Origin: Eledone cirrhosa | Lineage: Eukaryota | Length of the DNA stretch: 64,000 nucleotides | Direction of reading: 5' to 3' | NCBI GenBank assembly: GCA_964016885.1 | Contig: OZ024741.1 | Coordinates: 10,726,001-10,790,000, forward strand | Part shown: piece by piece, positions 16,001-31,400 of the stretch | Position numbering within the stretch: the stretch's first letter is position 1 | Layout: each line of letters starts with the position of its first letter | Notes under the pieces: model-generated | Databases searched by the model: none | Seen by the model: the letters and a program-made list of their open reading frames with translations, nothing else | What the model was told of the DNA's origin: nothing | Position numbers and translations under genes: made by a program

Positions 16001-19000
16001 TCTCTAGACTGGAGATCTAAGGTCAGGTCTCTAGACTGGACATCTAAGGTCAGGTCTATAGACTGGACATCTAAGGTCGGGTCTCTAGACTGGACATCTA
16101 AGGTCGGGTCTCTAGACTGGACATCTAAGGTCAGGTCTCTAGACTGGACATCTAAGGTCAGGTCTCTAGACTGGACATCTAAGATCAGGTCTATAGACTG
16201 GACATCTAAGTTCAGGTCTCTAGACTGGACATCTAAGGTCAGGTCTATAGACTGGACATCTAAGGTCGGGTCTCTAGACTGGACATCTAAGGTCGGGTCT
16301 CTAGACTGGACATCTAAGGTCAGATCTCTAGACTGGACATCTAAGGTCAGGTCTATAGACTGGACATCTAAGGTCAGGTCTATAGACTGGACATCTAAGT
16401 TCAGGTCTCTAGACTGGACATCTAAGGTCAGGTCTCTAGACTGGACAGCTAAGTTCAGGTCTCTTGACTGGACATATATTAAGGTCAGTTCTCTAGACTG
16501 GACATATATTAAGGTCAGATCACTAGACTTGACATCTAAGGTCAGTTCTCTAGGCTTGACATCTAAGGTCAGGTCTATAGACTGGACATCTATGGTCAGG
16601 TCTCTAGACTGGACATCTAATGTCAAGTTTCTTGACTGGACATCTAAGGTCAGGTCTCTAGACTGGACATCTAAGGTCAGTTCTCTAGGCTTGACATCTA
16701 AGTTCAGGTCTACAGACTGGACATCTAAGGTCAGGTCTCTTGACTGGACATATATTAAGGTCAGGTCTCTAGACTGGACATCTAAGGTCAGATATCTAGA
16801 CTGGACATCTAAGATCAGGTCTCTAGACTGGACATCTAAGGTCAGGTCTCTAGACTGGACATCTAAGGTCAGGTCTCTAGACTGGACATCTAAGGTCAGG
16901 TCTCTAGAGTGGACAACTAAGGTCAGGTCTCTAGACTGGACAGCTAAGGTCAGTTTTCTAGACTGGACATCTAAGTTCAGCTCCCTAGACTGGACATCTA
17001 AGGTCAGGTCTCTAGACTGGACATATATCAAGGTCAGATCTCTAGACTGGACATATATTAAGATCAGGTCTCTAGAGTGGACATATATTAAGGTCAGGTC
17101 TCTAGACTGGACATCTAAGGTCAGATCTCTAGACTGCACATCTAAGGTCAGGTCTCTAGACTGGACATCTAAGGTCAGGTCTCTAGACTGGACATATATT
17201 AAGGTCAGTTCTCATGACTGGACATCTAAGGTCAGGTTTCTAGACTGGACATATATTAAGGTCAGCTCTCTAGACTGGACATCTAAGGTCAGGTCTCTAG
17301 ACTGGACATATATTAAGGTCATTTCTCTAGACTGGACATCTAAGTTTAGGTCTCTAGACTGGACATATATTAAGGGCAGATCTCTAGACTGGACATCTAA
17401 GGTCAGGTCTCTAGACTCGACATCTAAGGTCAGATCACTAGACTGGACATCAAAGTCACGTCTCTAGACTGGACATCTAAAGTCAGATCTCTAGACTGGA
17501 CATCTAAGGTCAGGTCTCTAGACTGGACATCTAAGATCAGGTCTCTAGCGTGCACATCTAAGGTCAGGTCTCTAGACTGGACATATATAAGGTCAGTTCT
17601 CTAGACTGGACATCTAACGTCAGGTCTCTAGACTGGACATCTAAGGTCAGATTCTAGACTGGATATCTAAGGTCAGGTCTCTAGACTTGACATCTAAGGT
17701 CAGGTCTCTAGACTGGACATATATTATGGTCAGGTCTCTAGACTGGACATCTAAGGTCAGATCTCTAGACTGGACGTCTAATGTCAGGTCTCTAGACTGG
17801 ACATCTAAGGTCAGTTCTCTAGAGTGGACATCTAAGGTCAGGTTTTAGGACTGGACAGCTAAGGTCAGGTCTCTAGACTGGACAGCTAAGGTCAGATCTC
17901 TTGACTGGACATATATTAAGTTCAGGACTCTAGACTGGACTTCTAAGGTGAGGTCTCTCAACTGAACATCTAAGGTCAGGTCTCTAGACTGGACATATAT
18001 TAAGGTCAGGTCTCTAGACTAGACATCAAAGGTCAGGTCTCTAGACTGGACATCTGAGGTCAGGTCTCTAGAGTGGACATCTAAGGTCAAGTCTCTAGAG
18101 TGGATATCTAAGGTCAGGTTTTAGGACTGGACAGCTAAGGTCAGTTTTCTAGACTGGACATCTAAGTTCAGGTCTCTAGACTGGACATCTAAGGTCAGGT
18201 CTCTAGACTGGACATATATTAAGGTCACGTCTCCAGACTGGTCATATATTAAGGTCACTTCTCTAGACTGGACATATATTAAGGTCAGGTCTCTAGTGTG
18301 GACATATATTAAGGTCACGTCACTAGAGTGCACATATATTAAGGTCAGGTCTCTAGACTGGACATCTAAGGTCAGATCCCTAGACTGGACATCTAAGGTC
18401 CGGTCTCTAGATTGGACATCTAAGGTCAGATCTCTAGCCTGGACATCTAAGGTCCGGTCTCTAGATTGGACATCTAAGGTCAGGTCTCTAGACTGGACAT
18501 ATACTAAGGTCAGTTCTCTAGACGGGACATGTAAGGTCAGGTCTCAAGACTGGACATATATTAAGGTCAGGTCTCTAGACTGAACATGTATTAAGGTCAG
18601 TTCTCTAGACTGGACATATATCAAGGTCAGTTCTCTAGACTGGACATCTAAGGTCAGATCTCTAGACTGGACATCTAAGGTCAGGTCTCTAGACTGGACA
18701 TCTAAGGTCAGGTCTCTAGACTGGACATATATTAATTTCAGGTCTCTAGACTGGACATATATTAAGGTCAGTTCTCTAGACTGGACATCTAAGGTCAGGT
18801 CTCTAGACTGGACATATATTAAGGTCAGATCTCTAGACTGGACATCTCAGGTGGGTCTCTAGACTGGACATCTAAGGTCAGGTCTCTAGACTGGACATAT
18901 ATAAAGGTCAGGTCTATCTACATGACAACAAAGGTCAGGTCTCGAGACTGCACATATATTAAGGTCAGATCTCTAGACTGGACATCTAAGGTGGGTCTCT

Positions 19001-19449
19001 AGACTGGACATCTAAGGTCAGGTCTCTAGAGTGGACATTTAAGGTCAGGTCTTTAGACTGGACATCTAAGGTCAGGTCTCTAGACTGGACATGTATTAAA
19101 GTCAGTTCTCTAGACTAGACATCTAACTTCAGGTCTCTAGACTGGACATATATTAAGGTCAGTTCTCTAGACTGAACATCTAAGGTCAGGTTTCTATACG
19201 AGGCATATATTAAGGTCAGCTCTCTAGACTGGACATATATTAAGGTCAGGTCTCTAGACTGGACAGCTAAGGTCAGGTCTCTAGACTGGACATATATTAA
19301 GGTCAGTTATCTAGACTGAACAAATAAGGTCAGGTCTCTAGACTGGACTTATATTAGGGTCAGTTCTCTAGACTGGACATCTAAGTTCAGGTCTCTAGAC
19401 AGGACATATATTAAGGGCAGGTCTCTAGACTGGACAGCTAAGGTCAGAT

Positions 19450-22400
19450 CTCTAGACTCGACATCTAAGGTCAGGTCTCTAGACTGGACATCTAAGTTCA
19501 GATCACTAGACTGGACATCTAATTCACGTCTCTAGACTGGACATCTAAAGTCAGATCTCTAGACTGGACATCTAAGATCAGGTCTCTAGACTGGACATCT
19601 AAGGTCAGTTCTCTAGAGTGGACATCTAAGGTCAGGTCTCTAGACTGTACGTCTAAGGTCAGTTATCTAGCGTGGACATGTAAGGTCAGGTCTCTAGACT
19701 GGACATCTAACGTCAGATCTCGAGACTGGACATCTAAGGTCAGGTCTCTAGACAGGACATCTACGGTCAGGCCTCTAGACTGGACATCTAAGGTCAGATC
19801 TCTAGACTGGACAGCTAAGGTGAAGTTTTCTAGACTGGACATCTAACTTCAGGTCCCTAGACTGGACATCTAAGGTCAGGTCTCTAGACTGGACATATAT
19901 TAAGGTCAGGTCTCTAGGGTGGACATATATTAAGGTCAGGTCTCTAGACTGGACATCTAAGGTCAGATCTCGAGACTGGACATCTAAGGTCAGGTCTCTA
20001 GACAGGACATATATTAAGGTCAGTTCTCTAGACTGTACATCTATGGTCAGGTCTCTAGACTGGACATCTAAGGTCAGATCTCTAGACTGGACATCTAAGG
20101 TCAGGTCTCTAGACTGGACATATATTAAGCTCAGGTCTCTAGACTGGACATCTAAGGTCAGATCTCTAGACTGGACATATATTAAGGTGAGGTCTCTAGA
20201 CTGGACATCTAAGGTCAGGTCTCTAGACTGGACAACTAAGGTGAAGTTTTCTAGACTGGACATCTAACTTCAGGTCCCTAGACTGGACATCTAAGGTCGG
20301 GTCTCTAGACTGGACATCTAAGGTCAGGTCTCTAGACTGGACATCTAAGGTCAGGTCTCTAGACTGGACATCTAAGGTCGGGTCTCTAGACTGGACATCT
20401 AAGGTCAGGTCTCTAGACTGGACATCTAAGGTCAGGTCTCTAGACTGGACATCTAAGGTCAGGTCTCTAGAATGGACATCTAAGGTCAGATCTCTAGACT
20501 GGACATATATTAAGGTGAGGTCTCTAGACTGGACATCTAAGGTCAGGTCTCTAGACTGGACATCTAAGGTCAGGTCTATAGACTGGACATCTAAGTTCAG
20601 GTCTCTAGACTGGACATCTAAGGTCAGGTCTATAGACTGGACATCTAAGGTCGGGTCTCTAGACTGGACATCTAAGGTCGGGTCTCTAGACTGGACATCT
20701 AAGGTCAGATCTCTAGACTGGACATCTAAGGTCAGGTCTATAGACTGGACATCTAAGGTCAGGTCTATAGACTGGACATCTAAGTTCAGGTCTCTAGACT
20801 GGACATCTAAGGTCAGGTCTCTAGACTGGACAGCTAAGTTCAGGTCTCTTGACTGGACATATATTAAGGTCAGTTCTCTAGACTGGACATATATTAAGGT
20901 CAGATCACTAGACTTGACATCTAAGGTCAGTTCTCTAGGCTTGACATCTAAGGTCAGGTCTATAGACCGGACATCTATGGTCAGGTCTCTAGACTGGACA
21001 TCTAATGTCAAGTTTCTTGACTGGACATCTAAGGTCAGGTATCTAGACTGGACATCTAAGGTCAGGTCTCTAGACTGGACATCTAAAGTCAGGTCTCTAG
21101 ACTGGACATCTAATGTCAAGTTTCTTGACTGGACATCTAAGGTCAGGTCTCTAGACTGGACATCTAAGGTCAGTTCTCTAGGCTTGACATCTAAGTTCAG
21201 GTCTATAGACTGGACATCTAAGGTCAGGTCTCTTGACTGGACATATATTAAGGTCAGGTCTCTAGACTGGACATCTAAGGTCAGATCTCTAGACTGGACA
21301 TCTAAGGTCAGGTCTCTAGACTGGACATCTAAGGTCAGGTCTCTAGACTGGACATCTAAGGTCAGGTCTATAGACTGGACATCTAAGGTCAGGTCTCATG
21401 ACTGGACATCTAAGGTCAAGTCTCTAGCCTGGACATCTAAGGTCAGGTCTTTAGAATGGACATATATTAAGGTGTGTTCTCTAGCCTGGACATCTAAGGT
21501 CAGTTCTCTAGACTGGACATATATTAAGGTGTGTTCTCTAGGCTGGACATCTAAGGTCAAGTCTCTAGACTGGACATCTACGGAAAGTTCTCTAGACTGG
21601 ACATATATTAAGGTCAAGTCTCTAGACTGGACATCTAAGGTTAGGTCTCTAGACTGGACATCTAAGGTTAGATCTCTACACTTGACATCTAAGGTCAGGT
21701 CTCTAGATTGGACATCGAAGGTCAGTTCTCTAGACTGGACATTTATTAACGTGAGGTCTCTAGACTGGACATCTAAGGTCAGATCTCTAGACTGGATATC
21801 TAAGATCAGGTCTCTAGACTGGACATCTAAGGTCAGGTCTCTAGACTGGACATCTAAGTTCAGGTCCCTAGACTGGACATCTAAGGTCAGGTCTCTAGAC
21901 TGGACATCTAAGTTCAGGTCCCTAGACTGGACATCTAAGGTCAGGTCTCTAGACTGGACATCTAAGTTCAGGTCCCTAGACTGGACATCTAAGGTCACGT
22001 CTCTAGACTGGACATCTAAGGTCAGATCTCTAGACTGGACATCTAATGTCAGGTCTCTAGACTGGACATCTAAGTTCAGGTCCCTAGACTGGACATCTAA
22101 GGTCAGGTCTCTAGACTGGACATCTAAGGTCAGATCTCTAGACTGCACATCTAAGGTCAGGTCTCTAGACTGGACATCTAAGGTCAGATCTCTAGACTGG
22201 ACATCTAATGTCAGGTCTCTAGACTGGACATCTAAGTTCAGGTCTCTAGACTGGACATCTAAGATCAGATCTCTAGACTGGACATCTAAGGTCAGGTCTC
22301 TAGACTGGACATCTAAGTTCAGGTCTCTAGACTGGACATCTAACATCAGGTCTCTAGACTGGACATCTAAGGTCAGTTCTCTAGACTGGACATCTAAGGT

Positions 22401-25400
22401 CAGGTCTCTAGACTGGACATCTAAGGTCAGGTCTCTAGACTGGACATCTAACATCAGGTCTCTAGACTGGACATCTAAGGTCAGTTCTCTAGACTGGACA
22501 TCTAAGGTCAGGTCTCTAGACTGGACATCTAAGGTCAGTTCTCTAGACTGGACATCTAAGGTCAGGTCTCTAGACTGGACATCTAAGGTCAGTTCTCTAG
22601 ACTGAACATCTAAGGTCTGGTCTCTAGACTGGACATCTAAGGTCAGTTCTCTAGACTGGACATCTAAGGTCAGGTCTCTAGACTGGACATCTAAGGTCAG
22701 GTCTCTAGACTGGACATCTAAGGTCGGGTCTCTAGACTGGACATCTAAGGTCAGGTCTATAGACTGGAATCTAAGGTCAGGTCTATAGACTGGACATCTA
22801 AGGTCGGGTCTCTAGACTGGACATCTAAGGTTGGGTCTCTAGACTGGACATCTAAGGTCAGGTCTCTAGACTGGACATCTAAAATCATGTCTATAGACTG
22901 GACATATAAGGTCGGGTCTCTAGACTGGACATCTAAGATCAGATCTCTAGACTGGACATCTAAGGTCAGGTCTCTAGACTGGACATCTAAGTTCAGGTCT
23001 CTAGACTGGACATCTAACATCAGGTCTCTAGACTGGACATCTAAGGTCCGTTCTCTAGACTGGACATCTAAGGTCAGGTCTCTAGACTGGACATCTAAGG
23101 TCAGGTCTCTAGACTGGACATCTAACATCGGGTCTCTAGACTGGACATCTAAGGTCAGGTCTATAGACAGGACATTTAAGTTCAGGTCTCAAGACTGGAC
23201 ATGTAAGGTCAGGTCTCTAGACTGGACATCTAAGGTCAGGTCTCTAGACTGGACATCTAAGGTCAGGTCTCTAGACTGGACATATATTAATGTCAGTTCT
23301 CTAGACTGGACATCTAAGGTCAGGTCTCAAGACTGGACATGTAAGGTCAGGTCTCTAGACTGGACATCTAAGGTCAGGTCTCTAGACTGGACATCTAAGA
23401 TCAGGTCTCTAGACTGGACATCTAAGATTCGGTCACTAGACTGGACATCTAAGGTCAGGTCTCTAGACTGGACATCTAAGATCAGGTCTCTAGACTGGAC
23501 ATCTAAGATTCGGTCTCTAGACTGGACTTCTAAGGTCAGGTCTCTAGACTGGACATCTAAGATCAGGTCTCTAGACTGGACATATATAATGTCAGTTCTC
23601 TAGACTGGACATCTAAGGTCAGATCTCTAGACTGGACATCTAAGGTCAGATCTCTAGACTGGACAACTAAGGTCAGGTCTCTAGACTGGACATCTATGGT
23701 CAGATCTCTAGACTGGACATCTATGGTCAGATCTCTAGACTGGACATCTAAGGTCAGGTCTCTAGACTGGACATCTAAGGTCAGGTCTCTAGAATGGATA
23801 TGTAAGGTCAGATCTCTAGACTGGACATCTAAGGTCAGATCTCTAGACTGGACATCTAAGGTCAGGTCTCTAGACTGGACATCTAAGGTCAGGTCTCTAG
23901 ACTGCACATCTAAGGTCAGATCTCTAGACTGGACATCTAAGGTCAGATCTCTAGACTGGACATCTAAGGTCAGATCTCTAGACTGGACATCTAAGATCAG
24001 TTCTCTAGACGGCACATCTAAGGTCAGGTCTCTAGACTGGACATCTAAGGTTAGATCTCTAGACTGGACATCTAAGGTCAGATCTCTAGACTGGACATCT
24101 AAGGTCATATCTCTAGACTGGACATCTAAGATCAGTTCTCTAGACTGGACATCTAAGGTCAGATTTCTAGACTGGACATCTAAGGTCAGATCTCTAGACT
24201 GGACATCTAAGATCAGTTCTCTAGACTGGACATCTAAGGTCAGATCTCTAGACTGGACATCTAAGGTCAGGTCTCTAGACTGGACATCTAAGGTCAGGTC
24301 TCTAGAGTGCACATCTAAGGTCAGTTCTCTAGACTGGACATTTAAGGTCAGATCTCTAGACTGGACATCTAAGTCACGTCTCTAGACTGGACATCTAAGG
24401 TCAGGTCTCCAGAGTGAACATCTAAGGTCAGTTCTCTAGACTGGACATCTAAGGTCAGATCTCTAGACTGGACATCTAAGTCACGTCTCTAGACTGGACA
24501 TCTAAGGTCAGATCTCTAGAGTGCACATCTAAGGTCAGTTCTCTAGACTGGACATCTAAGGTCAGATCTCTAGACTGGACATCTAAGGTCAGATCTCTAG
24601 ACTGGACATCTAAGGTCAGATCTCTAGACTGGACATCTAAGATCAGTTCTCTAGACTGGACATCTAAGGTCAGATCTCTAGACTGGACATCTAAGGTCAG
24701 GTCTATAGACTGGACATCTAAGGTCAGGTCTCTAGAGTGCACATCTAAGGTCAGTTCTCTAGACTGGACATCTAAGATCAGTTCTCTAGACTGGACATCT
24801 AAGGTCAGGTCTCTAAACTGGACATGTAAGGTCAGGTCTATAGACTGGACATCTAAGGTCAGGTCTCTAGAGTGCACATCTAAGGTCAGTTCTCTAGACT
24901 GGACATCTAAGATCATATCTCTAGACTGGACATCTAAGTCACGTCTCTAGACTGGACATCTAAGGTCAGGTCTCTAGACTGGACATCTAAGGTCAGGTCT
25001 CTAGACTGGACATCTAAGGTCAGATCTCTAGACTGGACATCTAATGTCAGATCTCTAGACTGGACATCTAAGGTCAGATCTCTAGACTGGACATCTAAGA
25101 TCAGTTCTCTAGACTGGACATCTAAGGTCAGATCTCTAGACTGGACATCTAAGGTCAGGTCTATAGACTGGACATCTAAGGTCAGGTCTCTAGAGTGCAC
25201 ATCTAAGGTCAGTTCTCTAGACTGGACATCTAAGGTCAGATCTCTAGACTGGACATCTAAGTCACGTCTCTAGACTGGACATCTAAGGTCAGGTCTCTAG
25301 AGTGCACATCTAAGGTCAGGTCTCTAGACTGGACATCTAAGGTCAGATCTCTAGACTGGACATCTAAGGTCAGGTCTCTAGACTGGACATCTAAGGTCAG

Positions 25401-28400
25401 ATCTCTAGACTGGACATCTAAGGTCAGATCTCTAGACTGGACATCTAAGATCAGTTCTCTAGACTGGACATCTAAGGTCAGATCTCTAGACTGGACATCT
25501 AAGGTCAGATCTCTAGACTGGACATCTAAGATCAGTTCTCTAGACTGGACATCTAAGGTCAGATCTCTAGACTGGACATCTAAGGTCAGGTCTCTAGACT
25601 GGACATCTAAGGTCAGGTCTCTAGAGTGCACATCTAAGGTCAGTTCTCTAGACTGGACATCTAAGGTCAGATCTCTAGACTGGACATCTAAGGTCAGATC
25701 TCTAGACTGGACATCTAAGGTCAGATCTCTAGACTGGACATCTAAGATCAGTTCTCTAGACTGGACATCTAAGGTCAGATCTCTAGACTGGACATCTAAG
25801 GTCAGATCTCTAGACTGGACATCTAAGATCAGTTCTCTAGACTGGACATCTAAGGTCAGATCTCTAGACTGGACATCTAAGGTCAGGTCTCTAGACTGGA
25901 CATCTAAGGTCAGGTCTCTAGAGTGCACATCTAAGGTCAGTTCTCTAGACTGGACATCTAAGGTCAGATCTCTAGACTTGACATCTAAGTCACGTCTCTA
26001 GACTGGACATCTAAGGTCAGGTCTCTAGAGTGCACATCTAAGGTCAGGTCTCTAGACTGGACATCTAAGGTCAGATCTCTAGACTGGACATCTAAGGTCA
26101 GGTCTCTAGACTGGACATCTAAGGTCAGGTCTCTAGACTGGACATCTAAGGTCAGGTCTCTAGACTGGACATCTAAGGTCAGTTCTCTAGACTGGACATC
26201 TAAGGTCAGGTCTCTTGACTGGACATCTAAGGTCAGATCTCTAGACTGGACAGCTAAGGTCAGGTCTCTAGACTGGACATCTAAGGTCAGGTCTCTAGAC
26301 TGGACATATATTAAGGTCAGGTCTCTAGACTGGACATCTAAGGTCAGATCTCTAGACTGGACATCTAAGGTCAGGTCTCTAGACTGGACATCTAAGGTCA
26401 GGTCTCTAGACTGGACATCTAAGGTCAGGTCTCTAGACTGGACATCTAAGGTCAGGTCTCATGACTGGACATCTAAGGTCAGTTCTCTAGACTGGACATC
26501 TAAGGTCAGATCTCTAGACTGGACATCTAAGGTCAGATCTCTAGACTGCACATTTATTAACGTGAGGTCTCTAGACTGGACATCTAAGGTCAGATCTCTA
26601 GACTGGACATTTATTAACGTGAGGTCTCTAGACTGGACATCTAAGGTCAGGTCTCTAGACTGGACATCTAAGATCAGGTCTATAGACTGGACATCTAAGG
26701 TCGGGTCTCTAGACTGGACATCTAAGATCAGATCTCTAGACTGGACATCTAAGGTCAGGTCTCTAGACTGGACATCTAAGTTCAGGTCTCTAGACTGGAC
26801 ATCTAACATCAGGTCTCTAGACTGGACATCTAAGGTCCGTTCTCTAGACTGGACATCTAAGGTCAGGTCTCTAGACTGGACATCTAAGGTCAGGTCTCTA
26901 GACTGGACATCTAACATCGGGTCTCTAGACTGGACATCTAAGGTCAGGTCTATAGACAGGACATCTAAGTTCAGGTCTCAAGACTGGACATGTAAGGTCA
27001 GGTCTCAAGACTGGACATGTAAGGTCAGGTCTCTAGACTGGACATCTAAGGTCAGGTCTCTAGACTGGACATCTAAGATCAGGTCTCTAGACTGGACATC
27101 TAAGATTCGGTCACTAGACTGGACATCTAAGGTCAGGTCTCTAGACTGGACATCTAAGATCAGGTCTCTAGACTGGACATCTAAGATTCGGTCTCTAGAC
27201 TGGACATCTAAGGTCAGGCCTCTAGACTGGACATCTAAGATCAGGTCTCTAGACTCGACATCTAAGGTCAGGTCTCTAGACTGGACATCTAAGTTCAGAT
27301 CACTAGACTGGACATCTAATTCACGTCTCTAGACTGGACATCTAAAGTCAGATCTCTAGACTGGACATCTAAGATCAGGTCTCTAGACTGGACATCTAAG
27401 GTCAGTTCTCTAGAGTGGACATCTAAGGTCAGGTCTCTAGACTGTACGTCTAAGGTCAGTTATCTAGCGTGGACATGTAAGGTCAGGTCTCTAGACTGGA
27501 CATCTAACGTCAGATCTCGAGACTGGACATCTAAGGTCAGGTCTCTAGACAGGACATCTACGGTCAGGCCTCTAGACTGGACATCTAAGGTCAGATCTCT
27601 AGACTGGACAGCTAAGGTGAAGTTTTCTAGACTGGACATCTAACTTCAGGTCCCTAGACTGGACATCTAAGGTCAGGTCTCTAGACTGGACATATATTAA
27701 GGTCAGGTCTCTAGGGTGGACATATATTAAGGTCAGGTCTCTAGACTGGACATCTAAGGTCAGATCTCGAGACTGGACATCTAAGGTCAGGTCTCTAGAC
27801 AGGACATATATTAAGGTCAGTTCTCTAGACTGTACATCTATGGTCAGGTCTCTAGACTGGACATCTAAGGTCAGATCTCTAGACTGGACATCTAAGGTCA
27901 GGTCTCTAGACTGGACATATATTAAGCTCAGGTCTCTAGACTGGACATCTAAGGTCAGATCTCTAGACTGGACATATATTAAGGTGAGGTCTCTAGACTG
28001 GACATCTAAGGTCAGGTCTCTAGACTGGACAACTAAGGTGAAGTTTTCTAGACTGGACATCTAACTTCAGGTCCCTAGACTGGACATCTAAGGTCGGGTC
28101 TCTAGACTGGACATCTAAGGTCAGGTCTCTAGACTGGACATCTAAGGTCAGGTCTCTAGACTGGACATCTAAGGTCGGGTCTCTAGACTGGACATCTAAG
28201 GTCAGGTCTCTAGACTGGACATCTAAGGTCAGGTCTCTAGACTGGACATCTAAGGTCAGGTCTCTAGAATGGACATCTAAGGTCAGATCTCTAGACTGGA
28301 CATATATTAAGGTGAGTTCTCTAGACTGGACATCTAAGGTCAGGTCTCTAGACTGGACATCTAAGGTCAGGTCTATAGACTGGACATCTAAGTTCAGGTC

Positions 28401-31400
28401 TCTAGACTGGACATCTAAGGTCAGGTCTATAGACTGGACATCTAAGGTCGGGTCTCTAGACTGGACATCTAAGGTCGGGTCTCTAGACTGGACATCTAAG
28501 GTCAGATCTCTAGACTGGACATCTAAGGTCAGGTCTATAGACTGGACATCTAAGGTCAGGTCTATAGACTGGACATCTAAGTTCAGGTCTCTAGACTGGA
28601 CATCTAAGGTCAGGTCTCTAGACTGGACAGCTAAGTTCAGGTCTCTTGACTGGACATATATTAAGGTCAGTTCTCTAGACTGGACATATATTAAGGTCAG
28701 ATCACTAGACTTGACATCTAAGGTCAGTTCTCTAGGCTTGACATCTAAGGTCAGGTCTATAGACCGGACATCTATGGTCAGGTCTCTAGACTGGACATCT
28801 AATGTCAAGTTTCTTGACTGGACATCTAAGGTCAGGTATCTAGACTGGACATCTAAGGTCAGGTCTCTAGACTGGACATCTAAAGTCAGGTCTCTAGACT
28901 GGACATCTAATGTCAAGTTTCTTGACTGGACATCTAAGGTCAGGTCTCTAGACTGGACATCTAAGGTCAGTTCTCTAGGCTTGACATCTAAGTTCAGGTC
29001 TATAGACTGGACATCTAAGGTCAGGTCTCTTGACTGGACATATATTAAGGTCAGGTCTCTAGACTGGACATCTAAGGTCAGATCTCTAGACTGGACATCT
29101 AAGGTCAGGTCTCTAGACTGGACATCTAAGGTCAGGTCTCTAGACTGGACATCTAAGGTCAGGTCTATAGACTGGACATCTAAGGTCAGGTCTCATGACT
29201 GGACATCTAAGGTCAAGTCTCTAGCCTGGACATCTAAGGTCAGGTCTTTAGAATGGACATATATTAAGGTGTGTTCTCTAGCCTGGACATCTAAGGTCAG
29301 TTCTCTAGACTGGACATATATTAAGGTGTGTTCTCTAGGCTGGACATCTAAGGTCAAGTCTCTAGACTGGACATCTACGGAAAGTTCTCTAGACTGGACA
29401 TATATTAAGGTCAAGTCTCTAGACTGGACATCTAAGGTTAGGTCTCTAGACTGGACATCTAAGGTTAGATCTCTACACTTGACATCTAAGGTCAGGTCTC
29501 TAGATTGGACATCGAAAGTCAGTTCTCTAGACTGGACATTTATTAACGTGAGGTCTCTAGACTGGACATCTAAGGTCAGATCTCTAGACTGGATATCTAA
29601 GATCAGGTCTCTAGACTGGACATCTAAGGTCAGGTCTCTAGACTGGACATCTAAGTTCAGGTCCCTAGACTGGACATCTAAGGTCAGGTCTCTAGACTGG
29701 ACATCTAAGTTCAGGTCCCTAGACTGGACATCTAAGGTCAGGTCTCTAGACTGGACATCTAAGTTCAGGTCCCTAGACTGGACATCTAAGGTCACGTCTC
29801 TAGACTGGACATCTAAGGTCAGATCTCTAGACTGGACATCTAATGTCAGGTCTCTAGACTGGACATCTAAGTTCAGGTCCCTAGACTGGACATCTAAGGT
29901 CAGGTCTCTAGACTGGACATCTAAGGTCAGATCTCTAGACTGCACATCTAAGGTCAGGTCTCTAGACTGGACATCTAAGGTCAGATCTCTAGACTGGACA
30001 TCTAATGTCAGGTCTCTAGACTGGACATCTAAGTTCAGGTCTCTAGACTGGACATCTAAGATCAGATCTCTAGACTGGACATCTAAGGTCAGGTCTCTAG
30101 ACTGGACATCTAAGTTCAGATCTCTAGACTGGACATCTAACATCAGGTCTCTAGACTGGACATCTAAGGTCAGTTCTCTAGACTGGACATCTAAGGTCAG
30201 GTCTCTAGACTGGACATCTAAGGTCAGGTCTCTAGACTGGACATCTAACATCAGGTCTCTAGACTGGACATCTAAGGTCAGTTCTCTAGACTGGACATCT
30301 AAGGTCAGGTCTCTAGACTGGACATCTAAGGTCAGTTCTCTAGACTGGACATCTAAGGTCAGGTCTCTAGACTGGACATCTAAGGTCAGTTCTCTAGACT
30401 GAACATCTAAGGTCTGGTCTCTAGACTGGACATCTAAGGTCAGGTCTCTAGACTGGACATCTAAGGTCAGGTCTCTAGACTGGACATCTAAGGTCGGGTC
30501 TCTAGACTGGACATCTAAGGTCAGGTCTATAGACTGGAATCTAAGGTCAGGTCTATAGACTGGACATCTAAGGTCGGGTCTCTAGACTGGACATCTAAGG
30601 TTGGGTCTCTAGACTGGACATCTAAGGTCAGGTCTCTAGACTGGACATCTAAGATCAGGTCTATAGACTGGACATATAAGGTCGGGTCTCTAGACTGGAC
30701 ATCTAAGATCAGATCTCTAGACTGGACATCTAAGGTCAGGTCTCTAGACTGGACATCTAAGTTCAGGTCTCTAGACTGGACATCTAACATCAGGTCTCTA
30801 GACTGGACATCTAAGGTCCGTTCTCTAGACTGGACATCTAAGGTCAGGTCTCTAGACTGGACATCTAAGGTCAGGTCTCTAGACTGGACATCTAACATCG
30901 GGTCTCTAGATTGGACATCTAAGGTCAGGTCTATAGACAGGACATTTAAGTTCAGGTCTCAAGACTGGACATGTAAGGTCAGGTCTCTAGACTGGACATC
31001 TAAGGTCAGGTCTCTAGACTGGACATCTAAGGTCAGGTCTCTAGACTGGACATATATTAATGTCAGTTCTCTAGACTGGACATCTAAGGTCAGGTCTCAA
31101 GACTGGACATGTAAGGTCAGGTCTCTAGACTGGACATCTAAGGTCAGGTCTCTAGACTGGACATCTAAGATCAGGTCTCTAGACTGGACATCTAAGATTC
31201 GGTCACTAGACTGGACATCTAAGGTCAGGTCTCTAGACTGGACATCTAAGATCAGGTCTCTAGACTGGACATCTAAGATTCGGTCTCTAGACTGGACATC
31301 TAAGGTCAGGTCTCTAGACTGGACATCTAAGATCAGGTCTCTAGACTGGACATATATAATGTCAGTTCTCTAGACTGGACATCTAAGGTCAGATCTCTAG

